Assembly: GCA_963724295.1 (NCBI GenBank)
Contig: CAVRUC010000007.1
Coordinates: 640,001 to 704,000, forward strand
Origin: an uncultured Chloroflexia bacterium
GTDB lineage: Bacteria; Chloroflexota; Chloroflexia; Thermomicrobiales; UBA6265
Length of the DNA: 64,000 bases
Direction of reading: 5' to 3'
Both the position numbers and the translations under genes were made by a program. Shown piece by piece: positions 19,573 through 30,621 of this stretch. Positions within the stretch are counted from its first letter, which is position 1, and each line of letters starts with the position of its first letter. Under the pieces are notes generated by a model that did no database searches, was not told where the DNA came from, and saw only the letters and a list, made by a program, of their open reading frames with translations.

Positions 19573-21389
19573 CACCGTGCACTCCTTCCCGCGGGCGCTG
19601 TCTCCGTCGCCTCGTCAAGCGGCGCCTCAGCGCCGGCATGCAGCCAGAACTCCGCAATCGCTTTGGATATCGCCGCCATGTCGGGACTCTCACTGACCGC
19701 TACGACTAACAGCCCCGCCTCGCGCGCCGCCTGAGCGGTCACCGGACCCGCGCAGACGACCGGAATCGCGTTCAGGGCGATGTCCTCCGCTGCCAGAAGT
19801 GCGACCAGGTGCCGCACGCTCGACGGCGACGCGAACGTAATCACGTCCACCTCACCTCGCCGTACGCGGTCCAGTACCCGCCGATCGACGTTCGGCTCAG
19901 GCAGCGTGCGATAGACGTCGACCGCCAGCACGTCATATCCAGCCGCCCTCAGCTCGTTCGGTAGGACGTCTCGTCCCATCGCCGACCGTGGGTAGAGGAC
20001 CCGCGCGCTCGCGCCCATGACCTGACGGAGCCTCGCGGCAAGGGCATCGGCGGTTGCCTGCTCGGGAACCAGCGTCAGGTTGAGTCCAGCCTCGGCAACG
20101 GCCGCCGCCGTCGCCCGGCCGACCGCCGCGACACGCATGGTTGCGAGCTGATCCGGATGAACGTCGAGGACGTCCATCCGGTTGGCAAAGACCTCGACCG
20201 CGTTCGCACTGGTGAATACGCACCAGTCGAACACTCCCCGGCGCGATTCTTCAATGGCGACGTCCAGCTGAGCCAGGTCGTCGATCGGCTCGATGCGGAT
20301 TGTGGGGAGCGGCAGCGGTTCCGCTCCTCGCCTGACGAGTGAGTCGATCAAAGGACCGGCCTGCCGGCGGGGGCGTGTCACCACGACGCGCGCGCCCGTG
20401 AGGTCGTCCGCGGCAGGGTCACGTGCAAGTTCATGGTCGCCGTTGGCGCCTATCCACGATCTGGCACGGGAACTCGTCGCGATCTCTGCCTGCAAGCACG
20501 CCGCGATCTCGGTGGCGTGAACCCGCTCCTCGCCGGCGGCGAGTCGCTCGCTGGCAAACGCGACGCGATCACCCGTCTCAGCGGCGAGCATCGCGATCAG
20601 GCGGTATCCCTCATCCGTCCTGACGGCGTAGGCGCCGACCGGAAACGCGCACCCCACGCCGATCGCGGCGAGAAACGCCCGTTCGATACCGACCGGGGTC
20701 GAGACGAGTGCGTCGTCGATCGTCTCCAGCACGGCCGCGGCGTCACTCCCGGCTCTAGCCTGGATGGCGATCGCTCCCTGACCGGGCGACGGAACCACCC
20801 GTTCCACCTCGAAGTACTCGCTGATGCGGTCGCACCAACCCATGCGACGGATCCCCGCGGCGGCCAGAACGATCCCATCGAACTCCGGCCCTTCCGCCTT
20901 GCGCAGCCGCGTGTCGATGTTGCCGCGAATGTTGACGATGCGCGCATCCGGTCGCAGACGCTGGATCTGCACTTCGCGCCGGCGCGACGACGTGCCGATC
21001 AGCGGACGCGGGGGGAGCAGGTCCAGCGTGGTGCCATGTCGCGAGACCAGGACGTCGCGCGGGTCGTCGCGATCGGGGTAGGCCACGATCGGTACGGCGG
21101 GATGGAGCGCGGTGGGGAGATCCTTGGCGGAGTGGATCGCGGCGTCGACCTCGCCGCGCAGGATGGCGGCTTCGATTGCGGTCGTGAAGACGCCACGCCC
21201 GCCGATCTCGGTCAGCGGGGACGTCTTGTCGACGTCGCCCTGGGTCGAGATGACGTGAACCTCGACGCCGCGCCGGGGATGAATGGCGCGGAACCGGTCC
21301 ACGGCGAGCTGGGTCTGGGCCAGAGCGAGCGCGCTGCCGCGACTGCCGAACCGGACCGGCCGGTCGGGAAACGGTGGGGTGAGCGTCAT
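19572..21389 (-). CDS. hemC: Fused hydroxymethylbilane synthase / uroporphyrinogen-III synthase (HemC-HemD)
   Basis: GSRGSALALAQ, HSAKDLP, GTSSRRR, RGNIDTRL, GVGC; then VVVTRP, FTSANAV, FASPSSV. Confidence 0.94.
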   Translation of the reverse strand: MTLTPPFPDRPVRFGSRGSALALAQTQLAVDRFRAIHPRRGVEVHVISTQGDVDKTSPLTEIGGRGVFTTAIEAAILRGEVDAAIHSAKDLPTALHPAVPIVAYPDRDDPRDVLVSRHGTTLDLLPPRPLIGTSSRRREVQIQRLRPDARIVNIRGNIDTRLRKAEGPEFDGIVLAAAGIRRMGWCDRISEYFEVERVVPSPGQGAIAIQARAGSDAAAVLETIDDALVSTPVGIERAFLAAIGVGCAFPVGAYAVRTDEGYRLIAMLAAETGDRVAFASERLAAGEERVHATEIAACLQAEIATSSRARSWIGANGDHELARDPAADDLTGARVVVTRPRRQAGPLIDSLVRRGAEPLPLPTIRIEPIDDLAQLDVAIEESRRGVFDWCVFTSANAVEVFANRMDVLDVHPDQLATMRVAAVGRATAAAVAEAGLNLTLVPEQATADALAARLRQVMGASARVLYPRSAMGRDVLPNELRAAGYDVLAVDVYRTLPEPNVDRRVLDRVRRGEVDVITFASPSSVRHLVALLAAEDIALNAIPVVCAGPVTAQAAREAGLLVVAVSESPDMAAISKAIAEFWLHAGAEAPLDEATETAPAGRSAR

Positions 21390-21480
21390 GCGTTGAGGAC
21401 CGGGGAGGGAGACGAGTTCCGGGCCGCGTCGTCCAAATGTGAGACCCGCGGTTGGGGTCGCTTTGGCGAAGTGACGGGCA

Positions 21481-21530
21481 TTTATAACCTAGGTAAATCT
21501 TGCTAATCTGTGCAAATCTTGCACTTGCTT
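21481..21530. promoter_or_regulatory. AT-rich regulatory region upstream of the heme operon
   Basis: ACCTAGGT palindrome, AAATCTTGC direct repeat (21495 and 21514), GTGCAA-N3-TTGCAC inverted repeat. Confidence 0.5.
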
Positions 21531-21609
21531 CGATTCTAGGAAAGCCCGCAAAACGTGTCAAGGGTACGGTCCGTCCGCGGAACCGTGGCCCATCGCATGA
21601 GCGACAGAG

Positions 21610-21641
21610 CACGCGGGCCGGTCACATGACCGGCCCGCGTG
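21610..21641. terminator. Perfect hairpin downstream of the LPxTG gene
   Basis: CACGCGGGCCGGTCA-CA-TGACCGGCCCGCGTG. Confidence 0.7.
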
Positions 21642-21663
21642 TTTCGGCAATCGAGTTGGAAGA

Positions 21664-22186
21664 CTAGACGAGGCGGCGTCGCCTCAGGCTCAGTGCTCCC
21701 AGCGCGAGGGCCGCCAGACCGGCAGCCGAGGCCACCGGCATCGAGGTTTCGATGCCGGCTCCCGTGCTCGGCAGTTTCAGCACTTGTTCGGATGACGAGT
21801 CGACGCTCTCCTCGACAGCTGGCACGGGCTCGGCGTACCCCTCCTCCCCGGAGGGCAGGTAAGCACCTTCGGCCGGGGGCACATATCCATCACCGGCGGC
21901 CGCATACTCCTCGACCGGAGCCGCTTCCGCATTGTTTCGCGCCCCCCGATCCTTGCGGTCGCGGTCGTTGGCCGTACCGGTTGCGTTGTTCAGACCCCCG
22001 CCGCTCTGCGGTCCGCCCAGTTCCCGGACTGTTCGAGATACGGACATTGTCGGCGCCGGCGGCGCTGTTGCTGCTGTCGACGCCGTTGTTCTGGATCACG
22101 ATTCCGTTCTGCTGGGCGGCTGCCGGCATCGCCCAACCCGTCACCAGCGCCGCGGCCACCACCGCGGCTATGATCGATCGTCGCAT
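21664..22186 (-). CDS. Small secreted LPxTG-type surface protein, frameshift near 22020
   Basis: Signal peptide MRRSII...PAAA-QQ in one frame; LPSTG, TM helix and RRRR tail in the other; GGAGG-containing RBS. Confidence 0.8.
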
Positions 22187-22657
22187 GGCCCTTCCCTCCC
22201 TATCCATCGCACCCGACCCGCATCCATGTGCACAGCCGTGAAGGCGCGGATCGGGCCAACTCGCCCGATACACTGTCTATAACGTCATCATGGACCGATG
22301 TGGTTTCCTGGAGAAGCACGAAGAATCGCCGGGCGTGCTGGGCCGCCACGAGCGCCCCGAGAGCTACCGTGGTGGAAAAAAATGGCGTGCTGGTCATCGG
22401 CACGAGTCCGAGCGGGATCACGGCGGCAGTTGGATTGGCGCATGCCGGCTCCCGCGCTCTCACGTTGCTCTGCGGCTCCCCAGCAGGCGGCGGTGCCCAC
22501 GGCATAGCTTTCCCGCCGCGGAATTCGGACTCAACGGCGCGTGAAGCGTCGAGCAGAAGCAGCGTCAGAGCGGACGATCCGTGTAGAATCGAACGAGCGG
22601 CGCCCCGCATGCGCCGGGGTTCGCGCCATCACGGCGACGGCCGCGAGGGAAGGATCG

Positions 22658-23575
<918 letters not shown>

Positions 23576-23579
<4 letters not shown>

Positions 23580-24253
23580 ACGTGCCGGCAACCGGCGGCT
23601 TCACCGAGCTCGATCTCAGCCCGGACGAACTGCTCTCGACCACGCGCTCGGTCCGGCTACGACTCGATCTCACCCGCCCGGTCGACGTGAAACTGCTCGA
23701 GCAATGCCTTGATCTGGCCCAGCAAGCCCCCAGCGGCGGCAATCAACAAGGCTGGTCGTTCGTCGTCGTGACGGATCCGCACAAGCGGCGCGATCTGGGA
23801 GCGCTCTACAAGCAGGGTTGGGACGCGTACCTGCAGTCAATAGCGGCTCGGGTCGCGTCTGAAGCCCCGGCTACAACACCAGGGCGGGACGCCCTGCGCA
23901 GGTATCGCTCGGCGCAATACCTCGCCGACCACATGGGAGAAGTCCCGGTGCTCGTAATCCCCTGCATCAACGGACGAACGGACGGAGCCAGCGCCTATGA
24001 GCAGGCCTCGCAGTGGGGATCGATCCTTCCCGCCGTCTGGAGCTTCATGCTCGCCGCCCGCGCCCGCGGATTGGGCACCTGTTGGACAACATTGCACCTC
24101 CCGCACGAGCGCGAGGCCGCGGATCTGCTCGGCATCCCGTACGACGACGTCATGCAGGCGGCGATGATCCCCGTCGCCCACACCATTGGCGACCAATTTC
24201 GCCCTGGACCACGGAAACCGCTCGACACCATCGTCCATTGGGATCAATGGTGA
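23576..24253 (+). CDS. Nitroreductase family protein
   Basis: TTRSVR, QAPSGGNQQGW.FVVV, ARARGLGTCWTT. Confidence 0.92.
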
Positions 24254-24310
24254 TTCGGCTGCTCGGTCCCGGACGGCGCGCTCGACTCGCGAGCACCCCA
24301 TCGACCTCGC

Positions 24311-25357
24311 ATGCCTGACGTTCAGCCCGCGGTTTTGCATCGACTCGCCAGCGATCTCCTTCGCGCGGTTGGCACCGATCCGGCCGCGGCCCAGATCATT
24401 GCCGATTCCCTCGTCGACGCCAATCTGGCCGGACATGATTCGCACGGCGTCCTGCGGCTGCCGGCCTATCTCGCGGGGGCGCGACAGGGTCACGTCGATC
24501 CCGCCGCGGTTCCCAGCCTGCTCTCACAATCTGGGGCCACCGCGATCGTCGATGCGGCCGACGGCTGGGGTCAACCCGCGATGTGGTTGGCAACGAGAGC
24601 CGCGATCGACTGCGCGCGCGAGCACGGCCTCGGCGCCGCCGTCGTCCACCGTAGCTATCACATCGGTCGCGTCGCCCCCTATGTCGAGTCGATCGCGCGG
24701 GAGGGCATGATCGGTCAGGCGATGGCCAACGCCGCACCCGCGGTCGCCCCGTTCGGGGGACGGTCACGGGTGATGGGCACGAATCCCATGGCCTGGGCCG
24801 TGCCCAGGGCCGTCGATGCGCCGCCCATCTGCCTCGACGTCGCCACGGCGGGCGTCGCCGAAGGGAAGCTGCGGGTGGCCCGAGCGCGAGGATTCCCCGT
24901 CCCGGCCGGGAACATCGTCGATCGCGAAGGACGGCCGACAACGGACCCAGGCGACTTTTACGCCGGCGGCGCGCTGATCCCGTTTGGGGGGCACAAGGGG
25001 AGCGGATTCAGCCTGCTCGCCCAGTTCATCGGTCGCGGCCTGGCGCAGATGGATCCTTCGGGCTATGACGGCCCGCGTGGACTGAACGGTCCGTTCATCC
25101 TGGCCATCGACATCAGCCGTTTCACCGACCTCGAGCGATTCCGGGCCGAGGTCGAGGCGCAGTGCGCCGCGGTGACGAACTGCCTCCCGGCCGAGGGGGT
25201 CGAGGCCGTGCTCCTGCCCGGTCAGCCGGAGCTGGCGATGCGTGCCGTTCGCGAGCGCGATGGAGTGCCGGTCGCGGATTCGACCTGGCGAGAGCTGGAA
25301 GAGCTGGCGCGGGACCACGGAGTCGCGCTACCCGCTGAAGTCGTGGCGCAATCCTAA
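24311..25357 (+). CDS. Ldh_2 family (malate/L-lactate dehydrogenase-like) oxidoreductase
   Basis: GHDSHG, HIGR, GTNP, FGGHKGSG. Confidence 0.92.
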   Translation: MPDVQPAVLHRLASDLLRAVGTDPAAAQIIADSLVDANLAGHDSHGVLRLPAYLAGARQGHVDPAAVPSLLSQSGATAIVDAADGWGQPAMWLATRAAIDCAREHGLGAAVVHRSYHIGRVAPYVESIAREGMIGQAMANAAPAVAPFGGRSRVMGTNPMAWAVPRAVDAPPICLDVATAGVAEGKLRVARARGFPVPAGNIVDREGRPTTDPGDFYAGGALIPFGGHKGSGFSLLAQFIGRGLAQMDPSGYDGPRGLNGPFILAIDISRFTDLERFRAEVEAQCAAVTNCLPAEGVEAVLLPGQPELAMRAVRERDGVPVADSTWRELEELARDHGVALPAEVVAQS

Positions 25358-25377
25358 ACGCTCTTACCCAGTAACGG

Positions 25378-25560
25378 TGTCATTCCGAGCCCGCAAACCG
25401 TGTGTCATTCCGAGCCCGCAGGCGAGGAATCTCGTCACGCAGGTGTCATTCTGAACCCTAGGCCTTGTGTGATTCGGAGTCCACAGGCGAAGAATCTCGT
25501 CTGCTGGGCAGGAACGCGGCCTGCGGCCGAGATGCTGCAAGTTCGTGCCTCAGCATCACA
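25378..25560. repeat. REP/BIME-like repeat cluster
   Basis: Four direct TGTCATTC(C/T)GA-type units (25378, 25403, 25444, 25468) plus an inverted copy ending at 25560. Confidence 0.75.
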
Positions 25561-25685
25561 CCGGTACGCGGTCGCGGTACAGAGCACGGCTCAGGTATCA
25601 GGGAGTTCCCCACTCTTGCGGTAAGCGTGTCTTCAACCGGTCTCTGGTTTGCTGGTTCCGGACAGGTCGAGGGAGCAATCGGGCG

Positions 25686-25901
25686 CTAACGCAGCGGCTG
25701 GCGCAGAACGGCGTTCCCTTCAGCAGAGCCCGGCCGGTCATGGTGGTTCACGATCACGAGCTCGCCGGGAGTCCCTTCTCGCATCAGTCGCCGGAATTGG
25801 GCGTGAAACACCATCGTCGCCTGATTGGCGTCGCCAGCCGACTCGAGCGGGATCGGGGCTTCATCCGTGTCCGGACGAAAAATGATCTCGAATCTCCGCA
25901 C
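25686..25901 (-). CDS. Small hypothetical protein (71 aa)
   Basis: GGAGG RBS then GTG 25901: VRRFEIIFRPD...GELVIVNH. Confidence 0.5.
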   Translation of the reverse strand: MRRFEIIFRPDTDEAPIPLESAGDANQATMVFHAQFRRLMREGTPGELVIVNHHDRPGSAEGNAVLRQPLR

Positions 25902-26236
25902 CTGGCCCCTCCGCACCTCTTTCCTCCTGGCCCAGCTCAGCGTCGTCGCTCGCGATGCGCGTGCTGGCTGTCCCCGTTCGCAAGAGTCGGACCCACGAGG
26001 CGAGCCACACTGGTATGGATTGCGCTTGCACGCATGCTGAGCTTCCACCGCGAGAGAGTCGCTTCGCCAATAGATCAGGAGTACGACCGGGTTCAGAGCA
26101 AGCTGTACATGTTCCGGCTCCACGTCAGCATGTCAGTGGATGGACAAGTACCCGCGAGTCAACGATGGCCGCGCTCTCGGCTGATTGGCGTCCCCGAGGA
26201 GTCGTTGTCGCCAACACCGCCAAGGCCCTCGCCGCG

Positions 26237-27047
26237 TCAGCTATGCAGCTCAATCGCCACGCGGCAATGGTCGCTCGGCCCCCACTCGTCGGGATCGGTA
26301 TTGAGGGCACGCACGGATAGCCGGTCCGCCAACGCGTGAGAAGCGAAGACGAAGTCGAGCTGGCGTGTCGCACCCATCGGACCCTGCTGCCGGGTGTGAT
26401 ACGTCGGGACATTCAGCGAGTCTTCTGGCAACTCCGCCGGCCACGGATTCGCCTGCCTGCCGCAGGGCGCCTGCGGCCCCACGAATCGCAGCCCCATCGC
26501 CTCGGCGCGGTCGAACACCGTCGCATACCGTGCCGCCCAATACGAGTCCCCGTAGTCGCCGTACCGATGCAAGATATTCAGGTCGCCGGCGGCGATGACC
26601 CGGTGCGAACGGGCATCTTCCACGATGCCTGAGAGATCCGATAGCAGCCGATGCGCCGATGCATCGGCGTAGATGGGTCCCGGGCGGCCGCCTTCCCAAA
26701 CGGCGTACATCGACACAAGGGTGATGCGCTCGCCATCGACGACCACGTCCGCTGCCGCGAGCGTGCCACGTCGGCTGACCAGGAGCGCTCCCGGTGCTCC
26801 GCTCCTCGAGGGACGTCAGCGGACGCGGCTCAAGCAGTGTCGTCTCGGAAACGGCGACGACCGCGGTGCGGCGATGCCTGTACGAACCGGCCGTTCCCCA
26901 GCCAGTCGTGGGATGCGGCACGACTTTGCCTTCCCACGGACCCAAGGGAACGGGCGCCTCTTGCAGGAGCGCAACATCAACCTCGCTCGCGGAGAGCTGA
27001 TCCCAGAGATGCCGCCCGTTGACGTTCCAGCTCCAAATGCGCAGCAT
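26237..27047 (-). CDS. Endonuclease/exonuclease/phosphatase family protein, frameshift near 26790
   Basis: SWNV and LLQE in one frame; AGDLN, LDFVF and PSDH in the other. Confidence 0.85.
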
Positions 27048-27208
27048 GCTTGGCTTCCGTTGGAGAGCGATGGTGTTTGCGACCGATGTGCGTGCGCGAG
27101 CGCGAGGCACCAGTGTCCTCGACTAGCAATTGGCGACAACGAAGGAAGATGGCCAGGGAACGGCTATTGCGCAACAGCCAGACTTAGCTCGATTTCGTAG
27201 CTTTCCTC

Positions 27209-27284
27209 TGGTGGCCCCCCAGGGATTCGAACCCTGAACCAATGGATTAAAAGTCCACTGCTCTGCCGTTGAGCTAGAGGGCCG
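27209..27284 (-). tRNA. tRNA-Lys(UUU)
   Basis: Reverse complement GGCCCCTCTAGCTCAACGGCAGAGCAGTGGACTTTTAATCCATTGGTTCAGGGTTCGAATCCCTGGGGGGCCACCA: 76 nt, TTT anticodon, T-loop, encoded CCA. Confidence 0.97.
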
Positions 27285-27403
27285 CTTCGTGCGCCACCAT
27301 TCTCGCCGATAGTGCCGGTCTCATGCACGCCCGGCGTCCTTCGTTGCTCCAGGTGACGGGATCGGCTACGGTCACCCGCGAACGATGATGGACTCAGTTA
27401 CCC

Positions 27404-28213
27404 GTGCGAGCAGCCGTCGGTCTTGCCGGCGCGGCTGCCATTTCGCTGGCGGCGCGCCGCGTACGCGCCCTCTCCCCCAGCGGCGCCCTCGCCGCTACGG
27501 CTGTCGGCGGGAGCGTCGTCGCCGGGTCGGGGATCCGCGGCGGCGGCATGCTGCTCGCGTTCTTCATCACCTCGACCCTGCTCGGCCGGCTCCCGGGCGG
27601 TGATCATCTCGAGCAGCGCCGCGGCAGGGAACGGGATGCCGTGCAGGTGATCGCCAACGGCGGCGTCGCGGCGATCCTGGCGCTGGCATCGTCGTTGTCC
27701 CGGGAACGGACCCGCTCGTTGCTCGTGGCCGGGTTCGGCGGCGCCGTGGCGACTGCCGCCGCGGACACCTGGGCGACCGAGATCGGATCCCGCTCCGGCG
27801 CCCAACCGCGCTCGATTCTGACATTACAACCGACCACACCCGGCGCGTCCGGCGGCGTAACCGTGGCTGGTCTCGGAGCGTCCGCGGTTGCCGCGGCACT
27901 CATCGGGCTTATGGCGTCCGCCCCGGTCGCGAGCACCGCTCGTCATCCGTCCCTATGGACGATACCGATTGCCCTGGGCGGATTCACCGGTGCGCTCGTC
28001 GACAGCGTGCTCGGTGCGACCGTGCAGGAGGTGCGTTTCTGTGACACCTGTTGCGTCGAGACCGAAGAACGGCTTCATCGCTGCGGCGCGCACACCCGAG
28101 TGCTACGCGGGGCGCGGTGGTGCGACAACGACACGGTCAATGCGATTGCCACGGCCGCTGGCGCGACGACGGCGATGCTCACCCAGCTCGTCTCATCCGT
28201 CCGCGGCCGGTGA
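27404..28213 (+). CDS. DUF92 (TMEM19-like) membrane protein
   Basis: RDAVQVIANGG, ADTWATEIG, SGGVT, DSVLGATVQ, NDTVN. Confidence 0.92.
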   Translation: MRAAVGLAGAAAISLAARRVRALSPSGALAATAVGGSVVAGSGIRGGGMLLAFFITSTLLGRLPGGDHLEQRRGRERDAVQVIANGGVAAILALASSLSRERTRSLLVAGFGGAVATAAADTWATEIGSRSGAQPRSILTLQPTTPGASGGVTVAGLGASAVAAALIGLMASAPVASTARHPSLWTIPIALGGFTGALVDSVLGATVQEVRFCDTCCVETEERLHRCGAHTRVLRGARWCDNDTVNAIATAAGATTAMLTQLVSSVRGR

Positions 28214-28389
28214 GGGCGGAGCGCGCTCTGTGTCGATAAGGCAAGGGCGAGCGCGTGTAGGGTACAGTGGCCGCGCAACGGTTCGCCCCGGCACGAATCG
28301 TTCCGCCTTTGACGTCTGGTTGGCCACATGTGTGACCGCGCTCTAGCCCGGACCCACGCGAGCGTGCCGGCTCGCTGAGAGACTTTCAG

Positions 28390-29743
28390 ATGACGTTGTT
28401 CTGGTTTCGCCTGCTGGCGCTCGGCTCGTTCCTCGCCTGGCTCAGCCCGGGTGCGACGCTGGCCCAGGATTCAACCGCATCCCCCACGCCGGACATTCCT
28501 CGCGCCACCGGAAGTGTCGCAACCGGCCTACGAGGTCCTCCGCGTCGACGACAACGGCATCGGACGCGCCTACCGGGTCTGGGAAGAGTGGGTGCCCCAG
28601 GTCGTGACCACGCCCGATGGCGGCGCCTGGGTGTTCTTCACCGCCCAGATTCGCAGCCAGGAGGACGACACCAATCGCCGCCTGTTCGCATCCCGCTTTG
28701 ATCCTGAGCTACGAGTCTGGCTGCCGGCGCGCGCCATGGGCTCCAGCACGACCCAGTTCGGCGCAACGGCCGCGGCAGACAGCCAGGGGGTTGTCCACCT
28801 CGTTTACTCGAATCGCGCGGGTGACAGCTCCGAAGCCTGGAGTCAGCTCGTCTATCAGCGGTTTGTCGATGGCTCCTGGACGGACCCCGTTCCGGTGGCG
28901 CCACACCCGGACGCCGGGCACCAGATGCTGGCCTCGCTCACCGTCGATGAGCGCGACGGCGTGCACGTCGTCTGGCGGGACCAGCGATTCGTGGCGCCTG
29001 AAGCGCGCGCGGCGCTGGCCACCAACGCCGATCTCCTCTCCAGTGATCTCGTCGAAGGTGAGTGGACGGAACCGGCGCTGATCAACGTTCGCGAGGCCCC
29101 GGATGTCAATCCCGCCTGGCCCCACCTCGTCGCCGACGGCGACCGTCTGGTGGTCGTGTGGTCGATCTATCGCGGCACGACCGCCGAGGAGATGAAAAGC
29201 GCGGTCCGCGTCGAATGGAGCAGCCGGCCGCTGGACGCATCCAGCGGGTGGAGCAAGCCGCAAATACTGTACGTGCGCGAAGGTGGCGACGCCGGGGGCC
29301 GCCTGATCGACCTGGCCTCCGACCCCCGCGGAGGGGCGGTAGTCGTCTACGGCCTCTTCAACCGCGGCCAGAACGACCTGATGCTGCAACGACTCGATGC
29401 CGGGAAAGACGCATGGACAGAACCGGCGCTGATCGCCCGTGGCGACTTCGGATACCTGCCGGTCGTTACCGTCGCCAGCGACGGCACGATCTTCGCGGTC
29501 TTCAACAACGGCCGTAATCGCGACGTCGACATCGGCGGCCTGATCGCCGATCCCTCCGGCAAGAGCTCCGGGGCCGTCACCCTCACGCCGGCGGACGACG
29601 GCATCACGGCGCGGGCCTCCATCGCCCTGGACCAGAATGGGACGCCCTGGGTGGTCTACATGCATCAGCCGGAGGGATCGACAAACGTGACCGAGATTCT
29701 TTCGGTTCGCGCCGCGACGTTTACGCCGCCCGCTTCCTCGTGA
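28390..29743 (+). CDS. Secreted beta-propeller-like (BNR/sialidase-like) protein, frameshift near 28495
   Basis: Signal peptide in frame 28390; repeated 'D..G.vH.vw' and 'W..P' blades in frame 28451. Confidence 0.7.
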
Positions 29744-29750
29744 GCGCCGA

Positions 29751-30617
29751 TCAGGTTCGGGCTCGCGCCGCGCGGGCGGCCGCCAGCATCGTCTCCACCG
29801 GCGCGGGAGACCCGGTCCACAGCTCGAATGCGCGAGCACCCTGGTGCACCAGCATCGGCAGTCCGTCGACTGTCTTCAGCCCGCGCCCCTGCGCCGCCAG
29901 CAGCAGATCGGTGTCCCGGTAGGTCAGGTCGGCAACGAGGGCGCCGGCTGGCAGCAGTTCGAGGGTTGGCAACGCGATCGGCGTTTCGCCGGGATGCCAC
30001 CCGAGCGAGGTGGCATTGATGAGCAGGTCGGCGCGGGGAAGCTCCCGCGCCAGGAAATCTTCACCGAACCGCATCGGACGCACCGGTGCCGGAGCCAGCT
30101 CCCGCGCGAGCCGGGCCGCTCGTTCGGCGTCGCGGTTGGCGACCATGATCTCGCCGGCCCCCGCGGCTTCCAATGCCAGGACGACCGCCCGCGCCGCGCC
30201 CCCCGCGCCAAGGACAATCGCTAACTGAGGCGCGCGCCCGCCAAGACCATCGGCCACCGTGACGCCGAAACCGTAGATGTCGGTGTTGTCCCCGAACAGC
30301 GCGCCGCCGCGGTTGACGACGGTGTTGACCGCGCCGGCCCGACGCGCCGCCGGCGACACCTCGTCGAGCAGGTCCTTCACCGCGATCTTGTGCGGCACGG
30401 TGACGCTGGCGCCGAGGAATCCCGGCTCGCGCAGTCCCGCCACCCGGCTCTCCAGCTCAGCCGCGGTCGTATGCCAGCGCTCGTAGACCGCCGGAATGCC
30501 CAGCTGATCCAACGCCGGTTGGTGCAAAGCGGGCGAGAGGGAATGCGCGACGGGATCGCCGATTACGCCCAGCCGGTATGGACCGCCGGACGGGTCGAGC
30601 GTGGCCCGCTGCCCCAC
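29751..30617 (-). CDS. aroE: Shikimate dehydrogenase
   Basis: HSLSP, VTVPHK, GAVNT, NTD, GAGGAARA, MLVHQG. Confidence 0.96.
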   Translation of the reverse strand: MGQRATLDPSGGPYRLGVIGDPVAHSLSPALHQPALDQLGIPAVYERWHTTAAELESRVAGLREPGFLGASVTVPHKIAVKDLLDEVSPAARRAGAVNTVVNRGGALFGDNTDIYGFGVTVADGLGGRAPQLAIVLGAGGAARAVVLALEAAGAGEIMVANRDAERAARLARELAPAPVRPMRFGEDFLARELPRADLLINATSLGWHPGETPIALPTLELLPAGALVADLTYRDTDLLLAAQGRGLKTVDGLPMLVHQGARAFELWTGSPAPVETMLAAARAARART

Positions 30618-30621
30618 CCGC

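Noticed and set aside
21508..21527. Rex operator upstream of the heme operon
   Set aside because: Half-site spacing does not fit TTGTGAA-N4-TTCACAA; kept only as an unassigned inverted repeat
22200..22640. ORFs in the divergent gap (e.g. 22200..22610 minus, 22228..22815 plus)
   Set aside because: No recognisable motifs or convincing RBS; probably promoter DNA
25378..25560. Possible CRISPR array
   Set aside because: Repeats are degenerate, unevenly spaced with very short spacers and include an inverted copy; no cas genes are present
25560..27209. Integrative element or prophage at tRNA-Lys
   Set aside because: No integrase and no duplicated tRNA 3' end seen
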